Part shown: piece after piece, positions 39,081-49,763 of the stretch | Layout: every line of letters begins with the position of its first letter | Numbering within the stretch: position 1 is the stretch's first letter | NCBI GenBank assembly: GCA_902769705.1 | Contig: CACXPX010000014.1 | Location: 464 to 64,463 of the forward strand | Length of the DNA stretch: 64,000 bases | Direction of reading: 5' to 3' | Source of the DNA: an uncultured Prevotellaceae bacterium | GTDB lineage: Bacteria; Bacteroidota; Bacteroidia; Bacteroidales; Bacteroidaceae | Position numbers and translations under genes: made by a program | The notes under the pieces: generated by a model | The model's database searches: none | What the model was told of the DNA's origin: nothing | Seen by the model: only the letters and a program-made list of their open reading frames with translations

Positions 39081-40250
39081 TTACAATTTCACTAATTTGT
39101 TTTTGGCGATGAGACGCTTGATGGTCTCCACGCTGGCAGCAGTATAGAGCCCGTCCTCAGGCGTATTCATGCAATAATCAATCAATCTGTCGATAGTAGA
39201 AGTCGCCACATGCATCCGAGTGTCGGCAGAAGCGTAATAGATGAACACACGCCCGTCTTCATCGGCTATCCAGCCATTGGCAAAAGCCACATTCATCACA
39301 TCGCCCAAGTATTCGCCACCTTCAGGCACAAGGAAGTATCCTCCAGGTTGGGCAATCACCTTCGTGGGGTCTTCCAGCGAGGTCATATACATATAAAGAA
39401 CATAGCGGAGGCCATCGGCTGTTGCACGAACACCATGAGCCAGATGCAGCCAGCCCTTGGGCGTCTTGATGGGATGAGGTCCCTCACCATTCTTCACTTC
39501 CGTGATGGTATGGTAATGGCGTGCGTTGATGATTTTCTCTTCCTTGATTTCGGCATGAGTGATATCATCCACCAAAGCCCAGCCGATGCCACCACCGCTA
39601 CCCGTGTCGATGAAACCATCCTGAGGACGGGTATAGAAGGCATACTTGCCATCCACAAATTCGGGATGAAGCACCACGTTGCGCTGTTGGCTCTTAGCCT
39701 TCAGGTCGGGCAGCCGTTCCCAAGTCTTCAAGTCCTTGGTACGGGCTATGCCAGCCGTAGCCGTGGCGGCACTCAGGTTTCCAGGTTGCGAATCATCATG
39801 GCGCTCAGCACAGAATACACCGTAAATCCATCCGTCTTCGTGCCGGGTGATGCGCATGTCATAGATGTTGGTGGCTGGAATCACATCATCAGGCATCGTA
39901 ATAGGCTCTTCCCAAAAGCGGAAATTGTCTATGCCATTCGGACTCTCTGCCACAGCAAAAAACGACTTGCGGTCGGCACCTTCCACACGCACCACCAACA
40001 CATATTTCCCATTCCATTTGATGGCTCCGCTATTGAGAGTGGCATTCATCATAATGCGCTGCATCAGAAAGGGATTGTCGTTTTCGTTAAAGTCATACTT
40101 CCACTCCAGCGGCGTGTGTTCGGCGGTCAATATGGGATACTCATATTTCTCATAGATGCCATTCCCCCACTCTATGGGTTCATTCTTGCGATTCAGCAGC
40201 GCCTCATGGTGCGCACGCAGGGCTGCCACTTTCTGTTCGAACTCAGTCAT
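39081..40250 (-). CDS. mgp: GH130 4-O-beta-D-mannosyl-D-glucose phosphorylase
   Basis: [41 protein letters not shown]. Confidence 0.92.
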   Translation of the reverse strand: MTEFEQKVAALRAHHEALLNRKNEPIEWGNGIYEKYEYPILTAEHTPLEWKYDFNENDNPFLMQRIMMNATLNSGAIKWNGKYVLVVRVEGADRKSFFAVAESPNGIDNFRFWEEPITMPDDVIPATNIYDMRITRHEDGWIYGVFCAERHDDSQPGNLSAATATAGIARTKDLKTWERLPDLKAKSQQRNVVLHPEFVDGKYAFYTRPQDGFIDTGSGGGIGWALVDDITHAEIKEEKIINARHYHTITEVKNGEGPHPIKTPKGWLHLAHGVRATADGLRYVLYMYMTSLEDPTKVIAQPGGYFLVPEGGEYLGDVMNVAFANGWIADEDGRVFIYYASADTRMHVATSTIDRLIDYCMNTPEDGLYTAASVETIKRLIAKNKLVKL

Positions 40251-40254
40251 ATCA

Positions 40255-41367
40255 TTATTTTATTTCATTCAGGAATAAGGTATTCTCTTTATCGTACATC
40301 TCCTTGAAATAAGGTGCATCGGGCTTTGCGGGCGAGGGGCCGAACCACTCTTCCTTGTAGTTGCGCCACACGAGGAAGTAACTGATGGGATATTTGTCGA
40401 GCACAGGTGTCAGTGTCGATGTCCACCACGTCGGATCGGTGAGGTTCTTCAATCCGCACTCCGTCAGGGCGGCAATCTTGCCACGCTTCTCAGCAAACTT
40501 CGTCAGCATGTCGAGGTTGGCATCCAACTGCGCCACAAAGTCCTCCTTCGTGCCCCACTGGTAACCGTCGATGCCTACCAACGAGATACGGTCATCACCA
40601 GGATAACGCTCCAAGTATTTCTCTTCCGTCAGATTGGCAGCCATACCGGGCGAATAGGCCCAAAGCAGGTTGTCAAATCCGTCGGCAGTGAGTTTGTCCT
40701 GTAACAGGTTCCACAGAGCCTTATAATCTTCAGCCGTACAGAGTTTCTCACCCCACCAGAACCAAGAACCCGAGTTCTCGTGCCAGGGACGGAAGATGAT
40801 GGGAATCTTCTTTCCGTCGTCGGTCTTCAGGGTGGCGAGGAAATCCGAAACACGGTCCATCCATACCTTGAACAACTCTGCGTTCTGCCCGTCTGGCAAT
40901 ATGCTGTGTACGACGGTCGTATCCGACACGTCCCAGGCAGAACCCTCGGGGAATTTCTGAGCCCCCCTGCCACCATCAGGAGCCGTTGTAGCGGGGTTAC
41001 GCGGATGCCAGCTGATGGTCACGATACCCCCACGCAGATGGTGCTTGATGATCTCTTCGGTCATACGGGTGAAAGGCACACTGTCGAGATTCTTTTCGTC
41101 GTTCATCTCGATACCGCCGAGTTCAAAGCCCATCACGGCGGGCCAGTCGCCGCAGACATTCAGTACATCACTGCTGTCAGTCTGGTATTCCCAAGTGAGA
41201 CCATAGAACGGATCATCCTGATGACCGAACATATAACCCTTCTGGCGTAAAGTATCCAGACGCTCAAATAACTGCTGAGCCTGCGTCTTCTCCGGCTCTG
41301 TCTGCTTCTGTGTCGAGCATGCAACCACTGCCAAGGCAACGATTGCCATTACAAGAAACTTCTTCAT
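40255..41367 (-). CDS. GH26 beta-mannanase, lipoprotein
   Basis: Lipobox VVAC; FGHQDD, FRPWHE (acid/base), ALTECG (nucleophile). Confidence 0.93.
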   Translation of the reverse strand: MKKFLVMAIVALAVVACSTQKQTEPEKTQAQQLFERLDTLRQKGYMFGHQDDPFYGLTWEYQTDSSDVLNVCGDWPAVMGFELGGIEMNDEKNLDSVPFTRMTEEIIKHHLRGGIVTISWHPRNPATTAPDGGRGAQKFPEGSAWDVSDTTVVHSILPDGQNAELFKVWMDRVSDFLATLKTDDGKKIPIIFRPWHENSGSWFWWGEKLCTAEDYKALWNLLQDKLTADGFDNLLWAYSPGMAANLTEEKYLERYPGDDRISLVGIDGYQWGTKEDFVAQLDANLDMLTKFAEKRGKIAALTECGLKNLTDPTWWTSTLTPVLDKYPISYFLVWRNYKEEWFGPSPAKPDAPYFKEMYDKENTLFLNEIK

Positions 41368-41368
41368 A

Positions 41369-42658
41369 CTATCTTAATTTCATTTGTTTCAACAGCCATT
41401 CTTCCCATTCATCCCATTGTTCCTGATACCAGAAATGGGCGGTCATTTGGTAAGGGCTCAGCACTTTCGGACCAGACACTATATTATAGGTGGCATAAGC
41501 AGTGGTGGGCGGCACCACGTCGTCGTTGTATCCAAACGAGAACCACCCATTTTGCTTATCTGTTATCTGGCGGGCAAAATTCACGCCGTCATAATAGCGC
41601 GATGTCTCAATCTGCTTCTCCTGCCCCTTGCCTTTGTTCCAATAGAAATAATGAGGCCATCCGCAAGCCACGCCTTTCAAAGAAGCCGTGTGGTCGCAAA
41701 GGGCTGAATGCACAGCGCCATAGAAGGTGATTCGTTTGTCGAGGCCGGCTGTGGCAAGAGTGAGGAATCCCCCCTGACTGCTACCCGTCACACCCATCTC
41801 TTTCCCGTTCCAAGGCGTGTATTGCTCGATATAGTCAAGGGCTCGAATGCAACCCAGCACCACGCGTTTGTAATAGCTCTTGTCACGATTGTCCATCCCG
41901 AACTCCCAATATCCGTTGAGCGCACCATTGTGCAAGTCATCATACACGCCCTGCTCCATCGTTACAGGTATGCCATGAATGCCGATTTCAAGCGTGATAG
42001 CGCCTTGTGAAGCCGTATAGACATCACCACCATAAGGGCGCACACCAGCACCAGGCACACGCAACAAAGCGGGATAGCGCCCTTCCTTGACTGGCACACA
42101 AAGAATGCCATACGTGCGGCTGTTCCAACGTGTGTTCTGGAACGAAACCTCATAAACGTTCACATCCTTCGTGCAACGCTCAGGCAACAGCCGTTTGGTG
42201 GGATTCAAATCGGTGAAACGGGCTTCTTTGATGGCATTCTGCCAATAATCCATGAAGTCGGCTGGCATGATGGTTGTAGGTTGAAGTTTCTCGGGTGAGA
42301 ACGCAGCCGTACACATTCCCTTGTATTCCTTTCCTCCCACATGAGCGGTCACAGCCAACCTGTAGAAACCGGGAGTCTTCATCGAGGCTGTCCATTTCAT
42401 CGTTCCGTCTTTCAGCACCATACCCTCCTTCTTCACATCGGGGTACATCTCGGGACCAGCCTCGTAATCCACTCTCACATCATCAATCAAAGTACCCGAA
42501 CGCAAGACGTTGACTGTGAACACGGCCTTCTCACCCACCTTGTAGTTCCAATCCTTGTGATTGGGTTGCACGGTCACCACGATGTTATTACCACGAATCT
42601 GAGCCTGCACCTGGAGAAGTACAGCAAGAAAAGAAAGAAGGAAAAGCGTTTTCTTCAT
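41369..42658 (-). CDS. CE7-family acetyl esterase (acetylxylan/acetylmannan esterase)
   Basis: Signal peptide; PGAGVR, GSSQGG, YYDGVNFA, D.V.PP, H near the C-terminus. Confidence 0.88.
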   Translation of the reverse strand: MKKTLFLLSFLAVLLQVQAQIRGNNIVVTVQPNHKDWNYKVGEKAVFTVNVLRSGTLIDDVRVDYEAGPEMYPDVKKEGMVLKDGTMKWTASMKTPGFYRLAVTAHVGGKEYKGMCTAAFSPEKLQPTTIMPADFMDYWQNAIKEARFTDLNPTKRLLPERCTKDVNVYEVSFQNTRWNSRTYGILCVPVKEGRYPALLRVPGAGVRPYGGDVYTASQGAITLEIGIHGIPVTMEQGVYDDLHNGALNGYWEFGMDNRDKSYYKRVVLGCIRALDYIEQYTPWNGKEMGVTGSSQGGFLTLATAGLDKRITFYGAVHSALCDHTASLKGVACGWPHYFYWNKGKGQEKQIETSRYYDGVNFARQITDKQNGWFSFGYNDDVVPPTTAYATYNIVSGPKVLSPYQMTAHFWYQEQWDEWEEWLLKQMKLR

Positions 42659-42714
42659 TGTCAGCTAAGAGGGTTTTGATATTAAACGATTGTTGGTAGT
42701 CGATTAAGACTTTG

Positions 42715-42722
42715 CAAAGATA
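42715..42722 (-). promoter_or_regulatory. -7 box of the leftward mannan operon
   Basis: TATCTTTG. Confidence 0.7.
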
Positions 42723-42925
42723 TAACTTATTTTTCAAAAACAACAATACTTTTTTGACCAATATCAACACTTTATCTGCTATTTCTTTGACAATGGCACT
42801 TACAACACCCTCTTTTTCTGCAATAGTTGCACTATAAATCCTTCCAATTCAACCTTTTCTATACGCGTACATTTTATAATTGAAAACTATCAGCAGAAAA
42901 GTCTTATTGACTTTCTTTGAGCATG

Positions 42926-43030
42926 TCACATGTGGCATCTGAGGGTGTCACTTATATCGTCTGACCCGCTCACATGTGGCATCTAAGCCCCTCACATGTG
43001 GCATCTGAGGACGTCATTTGTGGCCTTTGA
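42926..43030. repeat. 22-bp period tandem array, 5 units, core TCACATGTGGCATCTGA
   Basis: Units start at 42926, 42948, 42970, 42992, 43014. Confidence 0.88.
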
Positions 43031-43163
43031 CAAAGCCAAATGCCCTTCTTTAGGAAACCCCAAGGCACCCGTTGCCATCCAACCAATAAAACAAGGAAAT
43101 AAAAAAGGCAAAATAGTACAAGTATTCAACAAAAAAATATTATATTATTTACATTTTTATATA

Positions 43164-43171
43164 TAACTTTG
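43164..43171 (+). promoter_or_regulatory. -7 box of the susC operon
   Basis: TAACTTTG in AT-rich context. Confidence 0.7.
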
Positions 43172-43381
43172 CAGCGGATAATGAAACACATGTCCATCAA
43201 CCTAAGATAACTAAGTATAATACGTAACATAAAAACCTACTACATTATGAGCAAAAACAATTCGCCCTAACTTTAGGATCTTCGCGATTTCAAACGGATT
43301 ACGAAAGATCATCCAACAAAAGAGAGAACAAACCTAAGCACTATACTACAGTAGTGCCATTAACCAAAACAACAAAAATGT

Positions 43382-46300
43382 ATGAATCCTAAACACTGTA
43401 AAGTAACATTGCTTGCAGGGATATGCTCGCTTGTCATGCTGAGCTATTCGCCTGAGACATACGCTGCCAGCGGCGAGAACATGCCTATGGCCGTACAGCA
43501 AGCTAAGAAAATCACAGGTACCGTTTCGGACGCTATGGGGCCGATTGTTGGTGCCACAGTCAAAGTGAAGGGCACTCAGAACGCCACCGTCACCGACATG
43601 GACGGAAACTTCACGCTCAACGCCCCACAGGGCGCAACCCTCGAAATCTCTTATATCGGCTATGTCACACTCAACATGAAAGTGGGTGCTCAGTCGAATT
43701 ATCGAATTGAACTTAAAGAAGACAACAACGACTTGCAAGAGGTTGTTGTGGTGGGATACGGTACGATGAAGAAGAGTGACCTCTCTGGTGCTTCTGCCTC
43801 CATCGGCGAGCAAACGCTGAAAGGTTCAGTCATCACCTCTCTCGACCAGTCGCTTCAAGGTCACGCCACGGGTGTGACAGCCGTCACCACATCTGGTGCT
43901 CCTGGCTCATCATCATCGATTCGTGTTCGTGGTATCGGTTCTATCAACGCCAATCAGGAACCTCTCTACGTCATCGATGGTGTAATTGTTCAGTCGGGCG
44001 GTCAGTCGGGTGCTGATTATGGTCTTGGCGACCGTTTGGGTAATGGTAAGGTTTCGACCATCTCCCCGTTGTCAACGCTGAACCCCAGCGACATCGTTTC
44101 TATGGAGATTCTGAAGGACGCCTCCGCTACCGCCATTTATGGTGCCCAGGGCGCCAACGGTGTGGTGCTCATCACCACCAAGCGCGGTAAAGCTGGCGAG
44201 GCAAAGTTCAGCTACGATGGTACGCTTTCAATAAACCGACAGATGAAGCGACTCGACATGATGAATCTGCGCGAGTATGCCGAATATTATAAAGACTTTG
44301 TAGACAACGGATGGATTGTTGCCAGTCAGGCTAACACCAACTACTCTGACCCCTCCATCCTCGGCAAGGGTACAAACTGGCAGGACGCCGTGTTCCAAAC
44401 AGCACTTCAGCACTCGCATCAGGTGAGCGCCCAGGGCGGTACTGATAAGGTTCAGTACTTCGTGTCAGGCAACTACATGAACCAAGAAGGAACCATCATC
44501 GGTTCTGAGTTCACACGTTACTCTGTACGTGCCAACTTGGACGCCCAGCTGAAATCGTGGTTGAAACTCGGTATGTCGACCACCTTCTCCACTACCAACG
44601 ATGACCTGAAGAAGGCTGATGGTACCGAGGGTATCATCACCTATTCTTTGACTACCCTACCCGACATCCCCATCTATGATGTTTTCGGCAGCTACTACGC
44701 TGAGGCTCGTCAGGGCTATACCAACCCCAACCCCGTGGCATTAGCCAACATGAACCAGTACACCCTGGAGCGCCGCAAACTGACGGGTAACATTTTCGCC
44801 GAGGTGACGCCCATCAAGAACTTGGTGTGGCACGCTGAGTTGGGTTACGACATCAGCGACAGCAACGCCGAGACATGGGAGCCTTCCGTTGATTTGGGTG
44901 GTTGGCAAAAGCCCGGCAACCAAGACCACTGGCAGAGCAACAACAACAAGTTCTGGCAACTGAAGAACTACCTGACCTACACCGGCAACATCGGCAAGCA
45001 CAACTTCACCGCTATGCTTGGTCAAGAATGCTGGGAGTCGCAATGGAAATACCAAGGCATCACAGGCCAGAACCTGCCTCGCAACGACGTGCAGAACCCG
45101 AACCTCGTGGAGAAGGCCGACAAGGACTACAGCTCTGGTTTCGGAAGTGCTTCGATGGCTTCGTTCTTCACGCGCGAAACCTATAACTATGACAACCGCT
45201 ACTATGGCACTTACACCTACCGTTATGACGGTTCATCCAACTTCGGTCCGAAGAACCGCTGGGCAGGTTTCCATTCTCTGGCTGCCAGCTGGCGATTCTC
45301 GAACGAAGAGTTCGTCAAGCAGTTTGCAGAGGGTTGGCTCAGCAATGGTAAACTTCGCGTAGGCTGGGGACAAACTGGTAATGCCAACATCGGTGGATAC
45401 AAATGGGGTGTCGCCCTTGGCGTGATGCCTTCAGCCCTCGGACAGTCTTACCGCCCAAGCGGTCTGCCTAACGAAGCCATCCAATGGGAGACACAAGAGC
45501 AGATTGACTTAGGTCTCGACCTCGGTTTCTTCAACAACCGCCTGAACTTGATTATCGACTGGTATAAGAAGGAATCAAAAGACATGCTCATGCTGATGCA
45601 GTTGCCTTCTTATCTGGGTACACAGGGTAATGGCTCATCAGCCCTCAGCGCTCCCTATGGCAACTACGGCACAATGCGCAACACCGGTTTGGAAATTGAA
45701 TTGAAGGCCACACCAGTGTTGACGAAGGACTTCTCATGGGACACCGACCTTCAGTTCTCGTTCAACAAGAACAAGCTGGTGGCTCTGCAGGGCACCACAT
45801 CTGCCGCCATCATCGGCTATGGCCAATGGAGCGACGTGGTGGCAGTCTCGTCAGTAGGCCGTCCGATGTACGACTTCTACGGATATGAGGTGGAAGGTGT
45901 CTACACCAGCTTCGACGATATCCTGAACTCGCCCGTCAACACCCTCTATGCACAGTCGGCCGTACAGGCAGAAGACGGCACATGGCAACACGTTACTGAC
46001 CCCACAAAGTACAGCAAGAACAACACCGTCTGGCCTGGGGACCTGAAATTCAAGGATGTCAACGGCGACGGCATCATCGACGAGAGCGATAAGACCACTA
46101 TCGGCTCGCCACTGCCCAAATTCACATTTGGTTTCACCAACACATTCACCTATAAAGGCTTCGACCTGAGCATCTTCATCAACGGTTCGTATGGAAACAA
46201 GGTGATGAACTACACCTCTATCCCCCTGACCTCGATGACGAGCACATGGAACAACCAAATACAGGAGAAGATTGCTGACCGTGCACAGTTGGCTCCCATC

Positions 46301-46696
46301 GATGCCAACAAGGTTTATGCTGACGGAAGCGCCTGGTACAACGACATCACCAACGTGCATGTCACTAATCCCGGCACACAGACGCCACGCGTGGCTCTGG
46401 GCAACGGCTACAACCAGAACATTTCGAGCCGCTATATCGAAGACGGAAGCTATATCCGCCTGAAGAACATCTCTCTGGGTTACACCTTCCCAAAGAGCAT
46501 CACGAACAAACTCTACTTGGAGAACCTGCGCGTCTATTGCAACCTGCAGAACGTGCTGACCATTACAGGATATGATGGATATGATCCTGAGATTGGTGCC
46601 TCCACCACAGATGCCCACGGCTATGTGTTCGGTTTGGATAACGGCCGCTATCCCTCGCCCTTTACTTGCACCTTTGGCTTAAACATTTCATTCTAA
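43382..46696 (+). CDS. susC: SusC-like TonB-dependent transporter
   Basis: TDMDGNF, EVVVVGYG, PLYVIDG, KDASATAIYGAQGANGVVLITTK, C-terminal F. Confidence 0.97.
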   Translation: MNPKHCKVTLLAGICSLVMLSYSPETYAASGENMPMAVQQAKKITGTVSDAMGPIVGATVKVKGTQNATVTDMDGNFTLNAPQGATLEISYIGYVTLNMKVGAQSNYRIELKEDNNDLQEVVVVGYGTMKKSDLSGASASIGEQTLKGSVITSLDQSLQGHATGVTAVTTSGAPGSSSSIRVRGIGSINANQEPLYVIDGVIVQSGGQSGADYGLGDRLGNGKVSTISPLSTLNPSDIVSMEILKDASATAIYGAQGANGVVLITTKRGKAGEAKFSYDGTLSINRQMKRLDMMNLREYAEYYKDFVDNGWIVASQANTNYSDPSILGKGTNWQDAVFQTALQHSHQVSAQGGTDKVQYFVSGNYMNQEGTIIGSEFTRYSVRANLDAQLKSWLKLGMSTTFSTTNDDLKKADGTEGIITYSLTTLPDIPIYDVFGSYYAEARQGYTNPNPVALANMNQYTLERRKLTGNIFAEVTPIKNLVWHAELGYDISDSNAETWEPSVDLGGWQKPGNQDHWQSNNNKFWQLKNYLTYTGNIGKHNFTAMLGQECWESQWKYQGITGQNLPRNDVQNPNLVEKADKDYSSGFGSASMASFFTRETYNYDNRYYGTYTYRYDGSSNFGPKNRWAGFHSLAASWRFSNEEFVKQFAEGWLSNGKLRVGWGQTGNANIGGYKWGVALGVMPSALGQSYRPSGLPNEAIQWETQEQIDLGLDLGFFNNRLNLIIDWYKKESKDMLMLMQLPSYLGTQGNGSSALSAPYGNYGTMRNTGLEIELKATPVLTKDFSWDTDLQFSFNKNKLVALQGTTSAAIIGYGQWSDVVAVSSVGRPMYDFYGYEVEGVYTSFDDILNSPVNTLYAQSAVQAEDGTWQHVTDPTKYSKNNTVWPGDLKFKDVNGDGIIDESDKTTIGSPLPKFTFGFTNTFTYKGFDLSIFINGSYGNKVMNYTSIPLTSMTSTWNNQIQEKIADRAQLAPIDANKVYADGSAWYNDITNVHVTNPGTQTPRVALGNGYNQNISSRYIEDGSYIRLKNISLGYTFPKSITNKLYLENLRVYCNLQNVLTITGYDGYDPEIGASTTDAHGYVFGLDNGRYPSPFTCTFGLNISF

Positions 46697-46715
46697 CATA
46701 AAGGAGACAATTATT

Positions 46716-48458
46716 ATGAAAACAAATAAGATAAAAGTATTCCTTACTGCCGCTCTTGTGGGTTTGAGTCTGACGTCGTGTGAGGACTTCCTCGACCGTC
46801 CCACAGAAGACGGATACGTCGCAGGCGGCTACTACAAGACCGACGCAGAATGCATAGCAGCCGTCGACTACCTGTACAATTCGCCTTGGTATGACTTCCA
46901 GCGCGGTTTCTTCGCCTTCGATGTCATGGCTGGCAACATCTACTTGTCAGATGGCGGCGACTATACGGGATTCCTGCGTTTCGGACTGACATCCAACAAC
47001 CAGCATATCCGCAACATGTCTTACTCGCTGTGGGCTGTCAACGGTCACTCCAACGTCGTGCGCCACTATATTGAAAATGGCGGTGCCTCAGAGGCTGTGA
47101 AGAACCAGACCATGGGCGAATGCCTGTTGTGGAAGGCTATGGCTTATTTCTATCTGGTGCGCACGTTTGGCGATGTGCCCATCGTACACGATAACGCCAG
47201 CATGATAGAAGCCGGCACCTATAACGACCAACCAAAAGTGCAGAAGGCAGATGTCTACGAGTATATCGTCATGACTTTGGAGAAGGCCATCGAGCTGTTG
47301 CCCGAACAATGCGCCAAGGGACGCCTTGACAAATATTGCGCCAAGGGTCTGCTGGCCAAGGTCTATCTGACAAAGGCCGGCGTGAACGGACAACTCAACC
47401 AGGCTGACCTTCAGAAGGCCGCTGAGTTGGCAAAGGACGTGATAGACAACAGCGGACGTTCGTTGGAGAAAAACTATGCTGACTGCTTCACCCTTGAAGG
47501 CAACAATTCGCCTGAGAACATGATTGCATGGCGCTGGGTGGTCAGCTCGCAATGGACCTCACAGAACTCTTTCCAGTCCGACCTCGGCATGACGGGTATG
47601 GACGAATATGGCGACTGCTGGGGCGAATGGAGTGGTCCGTCGGTTGACCTTCAGGATGCTTTTGGCTTCAACGTGCTTGACGACCCTGCCACACGTCCCG
47701 ACGTAGACACCCGTCGCAAGGCCACAATGATGACCGTTGGCGACGTCGTTCCCTATCTGTGGCGTGACCATGGCGGTTTCGACTACATGCGTTTCGAATT
47801 CGACAAGAGTTACAACCCCGCTGCATGGGGAGAGCATCGTTCGCCCACAGGTTGCAACATAGTGAAGTATATGTATGGAAACAACGCCGACCACGTGACC
47901 GCTCTCGGTACATCCGCAGCACGCATGGCCAGCTCGCTCTGCACCCCGATTCTCCGATTGGCCGATGTATATCTGGTGTTTGCCGAGGCCAAGGTGCTGC
48001 TGGGACAAGGCAATGACGCCGATGCACTTAGGGCTTACAACGCCGTTCATCAGCGTGCCATTCCCAATGCTGCTGCCGAAACGTCACTCACTTTTGACAA
48101 GGTATGGAAAGAGCGCCGTCTGGAGTTGGCTTGCGAGGGCGACCGTTGGTACGACTTCGTACGCCTGTCATACTACAACCCCGACCGCGCCATCAACGAG
48201 CTGAAGAGCCAGCGTCGCAACCAATATTGGAACCTTGGCCCGATGTTCAAGAACTACTATGAGACCGGTCAATGGCAACTGGTGAACAAAGACGATGATG
48301 GCAACGACCAAACGGCCATGTACGACGACCAGACTGCTGCCCCCAACGTTACTATCAACAGCTTTACCGTTCCCTTCCCCATGGAAGACCTCACCTTCAA
48401 CCCGCATCTGAAGGAAGACGCCGTCCACGTGGATGTACGTGCTACTTACCAGTATTAA
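46716..48458 (+). CDS. susD: SusD/RagB-like lipoprotein
   Basis: Lipobox LTSC-EDFLD; FGDVPI, RLADVYLVFAEA, ERRLELACEGDRWYD. Confidence 0.96.
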   Translation: MKTNKIKVFLTAALVGLSLTSCEDFLDRPTEDGYVAGGYYKTDAECIAAVDYLYNSPWYDFQRGFFAFDVMAGNIYLSDGGDYTGFLRFGLTSNNQHIRNMSYSLWAVNGHSNVVRHYIENGGASEAVKNQTMGECLLWKAMAYFYLVRTFGDVPIVHDNASMIEAGTYNDQPKVQKADVYEYIVMTLEKAIELLPEQCAKGRLDKYCAKGLLAKVYLTKAGVNGQLNQADLQKAAELAKDVIDNSGRSLEKNYADCFTLEGNNSPENMIAWRWVVSSQWTSQNSFQSDLGMTGMDEYGDCWGEWSGPSVDLQDAFGFNVLDDPATRPDVDTRRKATMMTVGDVVPYLWRDHGGFDYMRFEFDKSYNPAAWGEHRSPTGCNIVKYMYGNNADHVTALGTSAARMASSLCTPILRLADVYLVFAEAKVLLGQGNDADALRAYNAVHQRAIPNAAAETSLTFDKVWKERRLELACEGDRWYDFVRLSYYNPDRAINELKSQRRNQYWNLGPMFKNYYETGQWQLVNKDDDGNDQTAMYDDQTAAPNVTINSFTVPFPMEDLTFNPHLKEDAVHVDVRATYQY

Positions 48459-48482
48459 CAAACATATACATTACTATATATT

Positions 48483-49742
48483 ATGAAAAGATTATTCAAC
48501 AGTCTGCTCATGCTCTCGGCCTTAGCTGCATCCTTGGCTTTCACCGCCTGCGAGGACGAGCCAGACAAATATGAGATCAGCGGGGGAACACCAACCATCC
48601 GCTACATACGTCCCGTGAATATTGAAAGTGCCGACTCCATCTTGACCGGCGCTTACATGGACAACAGCATCTGCATCGTGGGAGAGAACCTGCGTAGCAT
48701 CACAAAGATGTTCTTCAACGACCAGGAAGCTAAGCTCATTCCGAGCCTGATGACAGACCACACCATGATTGTAACCGTCCCCGGACAAATCCCCGACGTG
48801 GTGTACAACAAGATTTTCATGGTGAACAACTCCAACGACACGACCACTTACGATTTCAAGGTGCTCGTACCTGGACCCAACATCAACAACATGAGCAACG
48901 AGTGGGCAAAAGCCGGAGAGCAGGCCACCATCTATGGCAACTACTTCGTAGACGACCCCAACACTCCGCTCACGCTGACCATCAACGGCAGGAAGGTGAA
49001 TATTGACGACTTCACGATTAGCACTATCACGTTCACCGTGCCCGAAGGACTAAGCGAAGGTCCGATTGAAATCTCATCTGTCTATGGCAAGAAGAAAGCC
49101 CGCTTCAACTATCGCGACACACGTGGCATGCTGTTCGATGACTGGGATAACGGCTGGCCCGACGACTATGCCAACGGTCAGTTCAAGCACGGATGGCACG
49201 GCGCAAGAATCTCCAACGACGAATACTCCCTCGACGGCTACTACCTGCTGCTGGGTGACGTTGACTTCACCGACGGTGCTTGGGATGATTCAAACCTCTG
49301 CTTTGAATACTGGCCGGAAGCCACCGACCGTCTGTCAGACCGCGTCAGCTTTGCAAACTTCGCCAATATGGCCTTGAAGTTCGAGGTGAACATCCCGTCA
49401 AGCAATCCCTGGACCAACCTCTCCATGCAGTGTATCTTCACTGGCGACGCACAGGTGACAAATGCTACAGCCAACAACACTTTCTTCCATGATGTGGACT
49501 ATCCTCGTGGACTGTGGACTCCTTGGTACCAGACCGGTTCCTACGACACCGGCGGCAAATGGGTGACCGTCACCCTGCCTCTCTCCACCTTCAAGTATCT
49601 GGAGGACGGAACGCCGGCAGGCACCCCGCTTACTGCTGAGAACTTCACCGGTTTGACGCTCTTCATCTGGAATGGTGTGCAGAACGGCACCACCTGCCAT
49701 CCAATCATCCGTATCGACAACATCCGTGCGGTAGAGTTATAA
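48483..49742 (+). CDS. Surface glycan-binding lipoprotein (IPT/TIG domains plus C-terminal binding domain)
   Basis: Lipobox FTAC-EDE; I.GENL and IYGNYF IPT-like motifs; Trp-rich C-terminus; position after susD. Confidence 0.82.
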   Translation: MKRLFNSLLMLSALAASLAFTACEDEPDKYEISGGTPTIRYIRPVNIESADSILTGAYMDNSICIVGENLRSITKMFFNDQEAKLIPSLMTDHTMIVTVPGQIPDVVYNKIFMVNNSNDTTTYDFKVLVPGPNINNMSNEWAKAGEQATIYGNYFVDDPNTPLTLTINGRKVNIDDFTISTITFTVPEGLSEGPIEISSVYGKKKARFNYRDTRGMLFDDWDNGWPDDYANGQFKHGWHGARISNDEYSLDGYYLLLGDVDFTDGAWDDSNLCFEYWPEATDRLSDRVSFANFANMALKFEVNIPSSNPWTNLSMQCIFTGDAQVTNATANNTFFHDVDYPRGLWTPWYQTGSYDTGGKWVTVTLPLSTFKYLEDGTPAGTPLTAENFTGLTLFIWNGVQNGTTCHPIIRIDNIRAVEL

Positions 49743-49763
49743 AACATCTAAACACTTAAGACA

